A DNA stretch of 64,000 bases from IMG/VR virus record IMGVR_UViG_3300033076_001354, positions 32,001 to 96,000 of that record; one strand, written 5' to 3'. Numbering within the stretch: the stretch's first letter is position 1; each line of letters starts with the position of its first letter. The DNA comes from a virus. Lineage: Duplodnaviria > Caudoviricetes. The translations under genes were made by a program, and so were the position numbers. The notes beneath the pieces were generated by a model. It was not told the origin of the DNA. It worked only from the letters and a program-made list of their open reading frames with translations, and ran no database searches. Shown one piece after another: positions 16,917-25,882 of the stretch.

Positions 16917-18955
16917 TAAGCGTTTCGCCTCAACGAACTTCCGTACAGTCTCTCATCGTAGGGACCCGGAGGGCCACTAGGACTACCGACGCCGGCGGAG
17001 ACTTGGTTTCCACCGGCGTTTCCGTTTGAAACGTTGTTGTTGACGGTGTCGCCTTGATTGATCACGGTCACGTTGGCGGCTGAGTTGGCTGGACCGTTGC
17101 TGACTTTAGCTATGCTGTCGTTCTTGAGCTTCTGCTCAGCGGCTATCTTTTTTTCTAAGTCGCTTTCGCGCTTCTTCCTAGCGGCTTCGGTCTCAGCCAT
17201 AACTTTTTTATAGTTCTTTTGAGCCTCTTCGAACTGAGGAGTCACCGGTGTGAAAGCTGCCGTCTCAGGCCCATACATGGAGCGCTCGCGCAGATCGGCG
17301 TCGGCTGCTTCATCGTACATCTTTTTAGCTTCTGCCCTGCGAGCTTCTTCTTCTTTCGTAAACCTAGCGCTCAATATATCCTGCTTACGTACTTCGGCGG
17401 CTGAACTTACGGTTCCCGGAAGAAGTGGACTCAATTCGTCGCGAGCGCGATTGATGAATCTCTGTGTATATTCACCGCCGACTTCACCGACTTTTTGGAG
17501 AACACCTTTAGCTCCGGTCTTTTCAGCGGCGTATTCTAAACCTTCACTGGTCGCCATGCCAACGCCTGTACCGATCGCGAATCCACCGACTGGAGTGGCC
17601 ACTGGAGATGAAGCGACACCCGCAAAAGTACCGACCGCGCCGGCGATACCTTCTTTAACGCCGGTGTAAGTTACGGCTTCACCTCGAGCGCGCGCCGCGA
17701 TCATATCGAGCTCTTCAAAAGCTTTAGACGCCTGCGCAAAAGTTATCTTACCGCTGGCGAGCTGCTCTTGCACCTTTGATTTTGCTTTTTCAACTTCTTC
17801 GAGCTTTGGGTTAGAAGATAAATCGGTGATGATACCCAACGCAGCTCCGAGCAGAGCGCCGCCCTTGATTCCATATCCAGCCTTGGGTGATACCTTAGGC
17901 TCAGGTCTACCAAAGAAACCACCCTCCACACCCGGCTTTATATCACCGATGCTTGGAGTCACGGTTCCCGGTTTAGTCAAACCTAATTCCGCAGCGACCT
18001 TGTTTGAAACAAATTTATTCTTATTATTAAGATCCTGCCACCTGCCAGTTTTCTCATTCCAAACTATATTCGGCTCAGCCGCTTGAGGAGTGATCGCAGG
18101 TGCTTCCGGCGCAGCGCCCAGTGTAGGTTCGATGCGCTGCTTAACGCCAGAGATTTCTCGAGAAGCGGGTTTGGGTTCCGGCGTCGGCTTAACTTCAGGT
18201 TCGGCCGAGACGGTAGGTTCAACCCTTCCTTTGCCTTTGGCTTCTTCAGCCATCTGCTCAAAGGTAGTCTTTTGACGCTCTTTCGTTTTACCCGAACTAG
18301 CTTTGTCGACTTCTTCTGTTTTGATTTTTGATGAAGCTTTATCGACTTCTTCTGTTTTGATTTTTGAAGAAGCTTTATCTGGAGCCTCTTCCGCTTTGGC
18401 CTTTGAAGAAGCTTTATCTTCTCTACCGGTGGTCAGCTTCTTAGCAATCTCGGCAAGAGCGGCCGCGCCTAATACGTCACCGATTACACTTGGCGATGGG
18501 GCTTCGTCTTTCTTGACCGTGGCGTTGGTCGTGGCGCCCTTCTGCTTGCTAAAGATGTCCTGCAGCTTGTCGTTGAGCTTGTCGCTGTGAAGCGAGTTCT
18601 TCAGCAGGAGATTCTGCAGGAGCTCGTTGTTTGACTCATAGTACTTGCTGCTGGCCGTCAGAAGGTTGTTGAGCAGTCCATTGGTCTGCTTCGCCAGAGT
18701 CACGAGCTCCTTCTGACCCTCTTTGATGTCTTTGATGTTTTGATTGGCGACCTTTGAGATCTCGACGCTCTCTTTCGAGGAGTCAGCGGACTGCTTTGAG
18801 ATCTTACCCGTAGCTTTAGTAGTCTCAAGAGTATCCTTCATCGTCTTCGACAGCTCAGTCTTGAGCTCCTCGATGGCTTTCGCCGCGGGACCCCCGCGCA
18901 AACCACCTTCGCGCATAAGCTGCTCAAGAATCTGTTCGCCTGTCTGTTTAGCCAT
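16913..18955 (-). CDS. Tape-measure / baseplate hub candidate (gp29-like position)
   Basis: ATG at 18955 overlaps the gp51 stop. Coiled-coil N-terminus, Gly/Ala hydrophobic segments, Asn-rich tail; follows gp26/gp51. Confidence 0.6.
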   Translation of the reverse strand: MAKQTGEQILEQLMREGGLRGGPAAKAIEELKTELSKTMKDTLETTKATGKISKQSADSSKESVEISKVANQNIKDIKEGQKELVTLAKQTNGLLNNLLTASSKYYESNNELLQNLLLKNSLHSDKLNDKLQDIFSKQKGATTNATVKKDEAPSPSVIGDVLGAAALAEIAKKLTTGREDKASSKAKAEEAPDKASSKIKTEEVDKASSKIKTEEVDKASSGKTKERQKTTFEQMAEEAKGKGRVEPTVSAEPEVKPTPEPKPASREISGVKQRIEPTLGAAPEAPAITPQAAEPNIVWNEKTGRWQDLNNKNKFVSNKVAAELGLTKPGTVTPSIGDIKPGVEGGFFGRPEPKVSPKAGYGIKGGALLGAALGIITDLSSNPKLEEVEKAKSKVQEQLASGKITFAQASKAFEELDMIAARARGEAVTYTGVKEGIAGAVGTFAGVASSPVATPVGGFAIGTGVGMATSEGLEYAAEKTGAKGVLQKVGEVGGEYTQRFINRARDELSPLLPGTVSSAAEVRKQDILSARFTKEEEARRAEAKKMYDEAADADLRERSMYGPETAAFTPVTPQFEEAQKNYKKVMAETEAARKKRESDLEKKIAAEQKLKNDSIAKVSNGPANSAANVTVINQGDTVNNNVSNGNAGGNQVSAGVGSPSGPPGPYDERLYGSSLRRNAY
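18290..18420 (-). repeat. In-frame tandem repeat (36-39 bp units) encoding DKASSK(IKTEEV)
   Basis: Four DKASS units; two near-identical 36-mers. Confidence 0.8.
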
Positions 18956-19122
18956 TATTGATTCTTCTGGTTTTGTTCTTCTATGTAGTTGGCCAGCATA
19001 TCGATGAAGAGATCCCGCTCGTAGGGATACATGTCGTTCCAATCGGACATACTGTATTTATGGTGCTGCATCATAGAAAACATAGTCTTATAATAGACCG
19101 GAATGCTGCTATATCCGGTCAA
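18955..19122 (-). CDS. 51: Baseplate hub assembly catalyst gp51 (not in ORF track; in the -1 frame of gp26)
   Basis: LTGYSSIPVYYKTMFSMMQHHKYSMSDWNDMYPYERDLFIDMLANYIEEQNQKNQ matches the gp51 pattern. Confidence 0.85.
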   Translation of the reverse strand: MTGYSSIPVYYKTMFSMMQHHKYSMSDWNDMYPYERDLFIDMLANYIEEQNQKNQ

Positions 19123-19134
19123 AATATAAAAAAA
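19096..19134 (-). other. Putative -1 programmed ribosomal frameshift signal
   Basis: T TTT TTT heptamer (19134-19128), 7-nt spacer, hairpin GACCGGA...TCCGGTC (19120-19096). Confidence 0.7.
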
Positions 19135-19853
19135 TCCTTGAGACCCTTCATAACTACGGTTCTTTTGACACCGTTCGGTAGTACCACTTCGATCTCATGC
19201 TCGAGCGACGGGAGGGTGTCAAAGAACTTACGGATTTGGACCATGATGTCCGCTGGCAGGGATGAGATGAACTTGTCAAGCTCCTCTTTGGTGAACTCCG
19301 ACCGACCGTACATCTTCTCGGCGTCGTAGACTGCATCGACACAGTCGAGGAACATGTCATAGATGTACTCGTCGACTTTCGTGCTGGTAAACTCTTCTTT
19401 CTGTATCATGTCCTCGAGCTTCAAGATGTGGCCCACGTTCGGGTAGTTCATCTTGATGACCATGTCGTCGTTGATCTTGATCGTGCTTGAGTGCTCGGGA
19501 TTGAACTTGACTTTGACCTGCTCGAGGTCGACCGTGAACGGGACGCGAACTGACTTACCTTCGACTTCTTCCGTGTAGTTCAACTCAACCACGTTGCTGA
19601 CCGACACCTTGCGGATGTTTAAGAATAGGTACTCGATGTCGAACATCGCGAGCTTATCGACGTTGATGTCGTCGAAGACGCAGTTCTTGATGATCTGCTT
19701 GATCGTTCCGATGATCTCGTCGACGTCGGTCGACATCTTCATGATGAGAAGAAGCTTCTCCTCCTGCACCGTATATGGTCTGTATGAAACGGTCGTGCCT
19801 GTCGACGGCACGGTGATCTTGAATACCGGATGCTTAATCACGGGTAAGGGCAT
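19119..19853 (-). CDS. 26: Baseplate hub chaperone gp26
   Basis: MPLPVI...VPSTG...YRPYTVQEEKLLL...FDIEYLFLNIR...GLKDFF. Confidence 0.92.
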   Translation of the reverse strand: MPLPVIKHPVFKITVPSTGTTVSYRPYTVQEEKLLLIMKMSTDVDEIIGTIKQIIKNCVFDDINVDKLAMFDIEYLFLNIRKVSVSNVVELNYTEEVEGKSVRVPFTVDLEQVKVKFNPEHSSTIKINDDMVIKMNYPNVGHILKLEDMIQKEEFTSTKVDEYIYDMFLDCVDAVYDAEKMYGRSEFTKEELDKFISSLPADIMVQIRKFFDTLPSLEHEIEVVLPNGVKRTVVMKGLKDFFIF

Positions 19854-19864
19854 AATCTACTCCA

Positions 19865-20629
19865 TTATCTAAGTGTTGATGCGAACGCGGTGACCCCTGA
19901 AATGAGTGCGGCTGGGTTTCGCCTGCCGTTCTGAAGAAGGTTGAGGCCAAAAGCATAAGCCCCACCTATGTTGAACCTATTCTGTGCGTAGTAAGAAGCT
20001 TGAAGCCTCTGCGACTCTGAGTAGTCCATCACCGACGCAGGGATCGCTTTCGTGTCCCAGTTGTTGTAGGCGAAAGCCACGGGAAGTCTAGTGAGTGAGT
20101 CGTTCTGTTCCCAGCCAACGTTGACGTTGCCGAGCGTCATAGGAAACGCTTTGGTCAGTGTGTACTTCATGATCTCCCTGCCGGCTCTTCCGGCGTTTGG
20201 ATCTAAGAAGTGAATCTCGATGACGCCTTCGTATTCTTCTGGGTAGGCATACTCACCATACGCTAGGTTTGAACCCTGCATCACGCCGTTCTGATCGACG
20301 CTGAAGTTGTAGACCATCGCTATCCACTTCTGAAAGAAGTCGAGCACTTTACCGTCTGAGTCGACCAAGAACGACATCTCGACGGGATTAAACGATGTGT
20401 CGTTCGGCCTGTTCTCACTCGTGCCGTAGCCGAGAGGCTTGACTGGTTGAGTTGAGAACGTAAATCCGGGAAGGACCGCGGTGTCGCAGAAGAAGTGCGC
20501 TTCCCTCGGGTAGCTCATTCCCTGAAGAGCTTTAGGCACCTTTGAGACCATAACATAGAAGTGCGACGGCTTGGCAAGACCGCCTCTCCGGTTGATAGCC
20601 GACGTCATGTCTGATATGTTGAATGCCAT
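19865..20629 (-). CDS. Tail tube initiator (gp54/gp19-like)
   Basis: GLAKPSHFYV, CDTAVLPG, FFQKW and YTLTKAFP; tube-family fold. Confidence 0.8.
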   Translation of the reverse strand: MAFNISDMTSAINRRGGLAKPSHFYVMVSKVPKALQGMSYPREAHFFCDTAVLPGFTFSTQPVKPLGYGTSENRPNDTSFNPVEMSFLVDSDGKVLDFFQKWIAMVYNFSVDQNGVMQGSNLAYGEYAYPEEYEGVIEIHFLDPNAGRAGREIMKYTLTKAFPMTLGNVNVGWEQNDSLTRLPVAFAYNNWDTKAIPASVMDYSESQRLQASYYAQNRFNIGGAYAFGLNLLQNGRRNPAALISGVTAFASTLR

Positions 20630-21219
20630 TATAGTTTTCTCATTATGCTTTGAGAGTCGTTAAAGACCGTTCTTTTATTTACATTGAATCTCTCGAGCGG
20701 CAGGAACAGAGCGATGTCCCACTCGTTCGAGGGAACCAAAAGAAACCTAGTCTTGAGGTGTGAGTATAAGTACCGCTTGACGCACGGGGCGATCAGCCTG
20801 TGCCTAGAAACGCTGTTGAGAATATCGTAGGACATCCTCAGCTTGGTCTTCTCGTCGAACTTATTGTTGGTCACCAAGCTGTACAGGGAATCCATCAGCC
20901 TCGCGCGAAGAAGGTGGGGAAGGTAGTGCATGTTGATGCCGGTGAACCCATCGTTCTGAACCGAGAATGGAAACACGAGCGGGAACCTATCGTAGTAAGG
21001 GAGCGTGTCTTTATGCTTCGCGTCGTACACGAACATGTACATGTATCCCGGCATAGGGATTCGCCTCTGAAGCTCGGCGTTGCTGTTCATCAGCTTCGTC
21101 TCGTTCATTCTCGCGACCGACCTAGCCTTCTCGCGAAACCAATCGCGTGAGTCCACGAATCCCGGTCTGACAAAGTTTTGTCTACCCTGCTCGAGAATAT
21201 CTGTAAACAGCTGAGCCAT
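20629..21219 (-). CDS. 2: DNA end protector gp2
   Basis: YDAKHKDTLPYYDRFPL and GINMHYLP. Confidence 0.93.
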   Translation of the reverse strand: MAQLFTDILEQGRQNFVRPGFVDSRDWFREKARSVARMNETKLMNSNAELQRRIPMPGYMYMFVYDAKHKDTLPYYDRFPLVFPFSVQNDGFTGINMHYLPHLLRARLMDSLYSLVTNNKFDEKTKLRMSYDILNSVSRHRLIAPCVKRYLYSHLKTRFLLVPSNEWDIALFLPLERFNVNKRTVFNDSQSIMRKL

Positions 21220-21656
21220 TACTTGATACCGATCTCTTTCTCAGTCATGATCTTAAACTTCCAGTTCCTGTCTTTACAGAACTCATTCGCCGCTTTCCAC
21301 TTTGCCTGATTAACGCCGTATTGAAACACTTCTTTGAGGTACCTGCGCGGGTGGGCAGGATTCTTCTTAGGCTCTATCGTCTGGCTGTAGGGCTTGACCT
21401 CGATCATCAGTGTCGATAGGTCGCCACTCGCCTCGCGCATCTTCACGATGAAGTCAGGAAAATACCTGTGAATCCTGTTGTCCACGGGAGATACGTACGG
21501 GATCGCGAGCTCCTCTGAGCCCCAGTTCAATACGTTGGGATGCTGATCGAAGTACCTCATCAACCTAAGCTCCCAGAGACTCCTGTAGATTATGTTTGTT
21601 GGATCACCGACGTATTTCTGTGGATACTTGGGCTTGAATCTTCCCTTGTACGACAT
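21219..21656 (-). CDS. 4: Head completion nuclease gp4
   Basis: YKGRFKP, IIYRSLWE, HRYFPDF, IEVKP and NQAKWKAA. Confidence 0.95.
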   Translation of the reverse strand: MSYKGRFKPKYPQKYVGDPTNIIYRSLWELRLMRYFDQHPNVLNWGSEELAIPYVSPVDNRIHRYFPDFIVKMREASGDLSTLMIEVKPYSQTIEPKKNPAHPRRYLKEVFQYGVNQAKWKAANEFCKDRNWKFKIMTEKEIGIK

Positions 21657-21666
21657 GCATTTTCTC

Positions 21667-21691
21667 TATAAATATCTATGAACTATTTATA
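21667..21691. promoter_or_regulatory. Pair of opposed T4 late promoters serving the divergent operons
   Basis: TATAAATA on + at 21667-21674 and on - at 21691-21684. Confidence 0.85.
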
Positions 21692-21703
21692 AGGAAAGTC
21701 AAG

Positions 21704-22636
21704 ATGCCCGAAGGCAGAGATACTCCGTCGACTCCAACAAATGGTGGTACCGTTACAAGCGGAGCGTACAACCTAACGAACGCCGACTATTTCACCAAGA
21801 TATACGCGTTCGACTACAAGAGGACTCGTCCGTCGGATCCATTGAAGATCGATCCCGTCTTTACTTTAAACATGCCTCTTCCAATACAATTTCCCGCCGA
21901 TCACTACTCGGCTTCGACGAATCCTATAGATCTTGGGATCGTGGGAAACACATATGAAACACTTACAAACTTCGGTGACTCTGACTACAGGGATAAAATG
22001 ATTGCCGGAACGATTGCAGGCGGCGCAGCCATTGCAGGTGTCATGGGAGCTATTTCCGCTTTGACGAAAAAAAGAACTGCAGCCGACGTAGGCGTTCAGG
22101 CCGGCGGCTTGGCTTTAGGCGCTTTAAACCAAGCGTCGCCATACATAGGAGCTTATAGCGGCATAGTTAAGAATCCAAAGACGGCGCTACTTTTCAACGG
22201 CATGAACCTTAGACAAATCACGTATGTTTTTAGATTGACTCCAAGAAATGAAGACGAAAGTATGGATATTCAATCCGTGTTAACTGTTACCAGAAACGCG
22301 ATGCATCCGACTTACAATAAAACTTTCAATTCTTTTGCTCTCGACTATCCTAGATTATTCACCGTATCATATGATGATAAAACAAGTAAAGTTATGGGTT
22401 ATCCAAAGATGGCGCCGTCATTCTTGATCGATATGCAGATAAACAATGCAAGTGCAGGCAACGCTTTCTTTAAGAACGGGCTTCCGGCTATTGTTGATCT
22501 AAGCTTAACATTCGCTGAAATAGACATGAAGACTCGCGAAAGCTTCAATGGACGCTACAGAAAAGAATCAGCACCTGCGGGGGAAGATCAACCCGATCTT
22601 ACGCTCTATGGTGTCTCTGGATTATCGGGTGCGTAA
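21704..22636 (+). CDS. 48: Baseplate tail-tube cap gp48-like
   Basis: NPKTALLFNGMNLRQITYVFRLTPRNEDES and LSLTFAEI. Confidence 0.8.
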   Translation: MPEGRDTPSTPTNGGTVTSGAYNLTNADYFTKIYAFDYKRTRPSDPLKIDPVFTLNMPLPIQFPADHYSASTNPIDLGIVGNTYETLTNFGDSDYRDKMIAGTIAGGAAIAGVMGAISALTKKRTAADVGVQAGGLALGALNQASPYIGAYSGIVKNPKTALLFNGMNLRQITYVFRLTPRNEDESMDIQSVLTVTRNAMHPTYNKTFNSFALDYPRLFTVSYDDKTSKVMGYPKMAPSFLIDMQINNASAGNAFFKNGLPAIVDLSLTFAEIDMKTRESFNGRYRKESAPAGEDQPDLTLYGVSGLSGA

Positions 22637-23187
22637 TGGCTTACTTCTCCAACTTCCCCAGTGTAGTATACAACGGTGTCACGGCTAGGAACATAATCCT
22701 TAAGTCTGCCATCCTCTCTTCAGTCTTCAAAAAGAAGTCCGCCTTTTATACATACATCGTGAACGAAGGTATGCGGCCAGACATGGTGGCGCACAGCGTA
22801 TACGGTGATCCAACCTATGACTGGGTAGTGTACTTCAGCAACTACGTTGTCGATCCATACTACGATTGGCCTCTCGACACCGACGACTTCAATAAGTACT
22901 TAGAGAAGAAGTACTCTCAGTCGATCTATCAGCTGCAGGGAACCACGAGTCACTACAAGTACACCGGTCTCACCAGTCAGTCCGACGCCGACATCGCGCG
23001 CGTGAGCTGGAAGATGACGACGAACACCTACAACAACCTCTCGGCGGAAGAGAGATCGGGTTGGACCGCGGTCAGCGTATACGACTATGAGAATGAGTTG
23101 AACGACGCCAAGAGGTCTATCCAGCTTTTAAGCTCGAACTACCTCGCCCAGATCGAAAATGAACTCGCCGAAATCTTTAGCAAATGA
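22636..23187 (+). CDS. 53: Baseplate wedge gp53
   Basis: YFSNFP, RPDMVAHSVYGD, DPYYDWPL and YDYENELNDAKRSI. Confidence 0.92.
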   Translation: MAYFSNFPSVVYNGVTARNIILKSAILSSVFKKKSAFYTYIVNEGMRPDMVAHSVYGDPTYDWVVYFSNYVVDPYYDWPLDTDDFNKYLEKKYSQSIYQLQGTTSHYKYTGLTSQSDADIARVSWKMTTNTYNNLSAEERSGWTAVSVYDYENELNDAKRSIQLLSSNYLAQIENELAEIFSK

Positions 23188-24578
23188 TTGAGAACAACAA
23201 TCCATTCAGCGTCGGGATGTATGATATCTCGATGGCTAAGCACGACGGCTCAGACCCTATGAGCATCGCTGAGCAGGTGGTTGAATTCTCTCTCTTTCAA
23301 TCCATCTTCTCTCCGGTACTCAAGGGCAACTTAGTTGTCGACGACTACGTTGGTCTCATCAACAACTATCCTATGATAGGAGAGGAGATCATAACTGTCT
23401 TCTTAAAACAGATGACAGACGAGGGCGAGAATAAGTACAAGGTTGAATTCGTCATAACGGCGATCAAAGATGTTCTTATCTCAGAAGACAATCGCCACAC
23501 CGTATACAACATCGAGCTCGCTTCAAAAGAAGCCTATCTCAACTCACTCGAGCTTGTGTCGAAGGCGTACGTCTGGCCGGTAGAGCGAATCATAACCGAC
23601 ATCGTCGACTTAAACTTAAAGTCAAAGAAGAAAGTTAAGTTCGTCAATCAGACGAAGAAGACGCGCAAGCTAGTGATCCCCAACATGTCTCCGCTGGCAG
23701 CGATCGACTGGCTGTGCAACTACGCCGTGTCAGAAGACGACAAGAAGTACTACACCTACGCCTTCTATGAGACTCTAGGAGCGTCGAACGCGTCCGATTT
23801 CAAAGCCACGCCTATGATCGAGCCGGAGTTCATATTTAAGGCGATCCAGAGACCCACGTGGAGAACGTCGGTCGACGACGAAGCCCTGACGCTTGCCAAG
23901 AAGAACCCGTACTACTACATATCAAACATCGAGATGATGAACCGCGACTCAGTCTTCTATAAGTCGATGATCAATCAGGGGTTCGACGTCAACAGGGTCG
24001 CAAAGAACTTTAAGTTCAACAAGCGCTTGACTATGTTCGAGAAGATCGTCGGCGGATACTTTGAGAACGAGTACGTTGAGATCAACCTTCAGCAGAAAGA
24101 TCACAAGGTAACGAAGTTCAACATACGCGACGATGAGTACAGCGCCCTCAACTTCCATCAACTCAACAGCAACAAGTACGTCGACGCGGTCATCTCACAT
24201 GAGACTAGAAACGAGAAGAGTCCCAAGACTAAGTACGTCATCAACAGCTATGACGACCAGAGTCAACCGTCGCTCAGGACTAAGTGGGGCAGGGACGCCT
24301 CGTCGTTCTTAGCTTTCGCGCAGGTCGATATATCACTCGTAGTCTACACCGACCTCAAGCTCAGGGCGGGCGACGTCATCTGGTTAAATATCCCAGAGTT
24401 TCACGGCTTCGACGCGGCGCTCGTCGATCAGAAGCTTTCAGGCTACTTCATCATATCAGAGATAAAGAACGTAGTGAGGAACGACGGGTTCACCTATACT
24501 ACGTTGAGACTCAATAAAGACTCTTACAACGCACCTGTAAATCACGCGTCGTACTTCAGGGAGCGAGGAAACCGGTGA
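23184..24578 (+). CDS. Baseplate hub protein (gp27-like)
   Basis: SIFSPVLKG, PMIGEE and LSGYFIISEI; lies between gp53 and gp5. Confidence 0.7.
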   Translation: MIENNNPFSVGMYDISMAKHDGSDPMSIAEQVVEFSLFQSIFSPVLKGNLVVDDYVGLINNYPMIGEEIITVFLKQMTDEGENKYKVEFVITAIKDVLISEDNRHTVYNIELASKEAYLNSLELVSKAYVWPVERIITDIVDLNLKSKKKVKFVNQTKKTRKLVIPNMSPLAAIDWLCNYAVSEDDKKYYTYAFYETLGASNASDFKATPMIEPEFIFKAIQRPTWRTSVDDEALTLAKKNPYYYISNIEMMNRDSVFYKSMINQGFDVNRVAKNFKFNKRLTMFEKIVGGYFENEYVEINLQQKDHKVTKFNIRDDEYSALNFHQLNSNKYVDAVISHETRNEKSPKTKYVINSYDDQSQPSLRTKWGRDASSFLAFAQVDISLVVYTDLKLRAGDVIWLNIPEFHGFDAALVDQKLSGYFIISEIKNVVRNDGFTYTTLRLNKDSYNAPVNHASYFRERGNR

Positions 24579-25507
24579 GCTTCGATTTTTACGGTGACAA
24601 CTTCAAGTGGTTCGTCGGTGTAGTCAAGGGAAGCTACTACGACAACACGCGCGTTCGCGTCAGGATCTTCGGCATTCACAGGATGGACGACACGATCGAC
24701 GTGTCGGACGACGACCTTCAGCCCGCGATCGTATTGTTTCCAACCACAGGCGGACAGACGTCGGGTGGAAACTTATCGCACGGATTGAAGACCGGATCAT
24801 GGGTGTTTGGTTTCTTCGCGGACGGCGACAACTGTCAGCAGCCCGTGGTCGTCGGCGTCTTCAACGGCGGCATCGCTTCTTCAAGCAACCTCGGCAGCGC
24901 TTCGCTTGCGGGCGGATCCGCCGGTGACGCCAGAGACACGGGCGGTGGAAGCAACGACACCAGCGTTCCATTGTCGACGCTGGGAATCAGCGGAAAGAAC
25001 AACGCCGAGCAAGCATACAACATGATCTATGAACTCATTGAAAAGAGCGGTAGGTCGGGCGGCAACATACACGTTCAAGTCTCAGGCATCATGGGGAACA
25101 TCCTTGCCGAGAGCAACTGCAACCCAAACACCGGATTCGACAAGCCGGTAGTCGACACCAACGGTGGAAAGATCTACGGCATCTGCTCATGGAACACGGC
25201 CGGCGGACGGCCACAGATAATGTTCAGGAAGTACGGCCAAAGACCGACGCTCGACCAACAGATCTCGTTCATGTGGGACGAGTTTCACAGCACGTATGAG
25301 CGCGCTTTCATGAAGATCATGGCGTCTGGCACCGTCGACGAAGCTACGCAGGCGATGTGCTTCTATGAGCAGCCCGCCTGCTTGAAGCGAAACAGCTACG
25401 TAGACGTCAATGACTCAACGTATAAGCCTAGGATAAAGTACGCGAACCAAGTGTACTCATCGTTCAAGTATACGCCTAGAGACACTTCGGCCGCGAGGGG
25501 CAGGTGA
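24575..25507 (+). CDS. 5: gp5 N-terminal OB domain fused to a phage tail lysozyme
   Basis: WFVGVV...RVRVRIFGIH...GSWVFGFFADGDNCQQPVVVG; GIMGNILAES...YGICSW...QISFMWDE. Confidence 0.85.
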   Translation: MSFDFYGDNFKWFVGVVKGSYYDNTRVRVRIFGIHRMDDTIDVSDDDLQPAIVLFPTTGGQTSGGNLSHGLKTGSWVFGFFADGDNCQQPVVVGVFNGGIASSSNLGSASLAGGSAGDARDTGGGSNDTSVPLSTLGISGKNNAEQAYNMIYELIEKSGRSGGNIHVQVSGIMGNILAESNCNPNTGFDKPVVDTNGGKIYGICSWNTAGGRPQIMFRKYGQRPTLDQQISFMWDEFHSTYERAFMKIMASGTVDEATQAMCFYEQPACLKRNSYVDVNDSTYKPRIKYANQVYSSFKYTPRDTSAARGR

Positions 25508-25881
25508 TGAGTATAGTTGGACCCAAAGCAGTCGCACAGTACGACTACCTCTACATCACCACGACGCGCACTTACAGGGATGAAGACGTCGACGTATCGA
25601 GCTTAGGTGCAGACTTCGTCATCGACCAGCGCGGGTCGGTGTATCAAAACAGGACGCCGACGCCGGGACAGGCACACGTGGTTCTGGTAGGTGGGATAGA
25701 TACTTATACTCACGCCAAAGATCCTATGGCGCCGATCTTCTACATGACTGAGAGACAGAAGATCACTCTGTACGCTATAATGAGGGAGCTCTCGATCAGG
25801 ACCGACGCCGCGCAGATAACCAGCAGCGACCAAGTTCTCGAGCAGATCGCCAAGTCAACATACATTAACTACGTGGGATGA
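25504..25881 (+). CDS. Degenerate amidase/PGRP-fold protein
   Basis: ADFVIDQRGSVYQNR, HVVLVGG and MTERQKITL echo T7-lysozyme-type amidases, but the Zn-ligand His residues are not evident. Confidence 0.5.
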   Translation: MMSIVGPKAVAQYDYLYITTTRTYRDEDVDVSSLGADFVIDQRGSVYQNRTPTPGQAHVVLVGGIDTYTHAKDPMAPIFYMTERQKITLYAIMRELSIRTDAAQITSSDQVLEQIAKSTYINYVG

Positions 25882-25882
25882 T

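Noticed and set aside
18956-19042. N-terminal 29-aa extension of the 709-aa ORF given in the ORF track
   Set aside because: It overlaps the gp51 frame; the real start is most likely ATG 18955, coupled to the gp51 stop.
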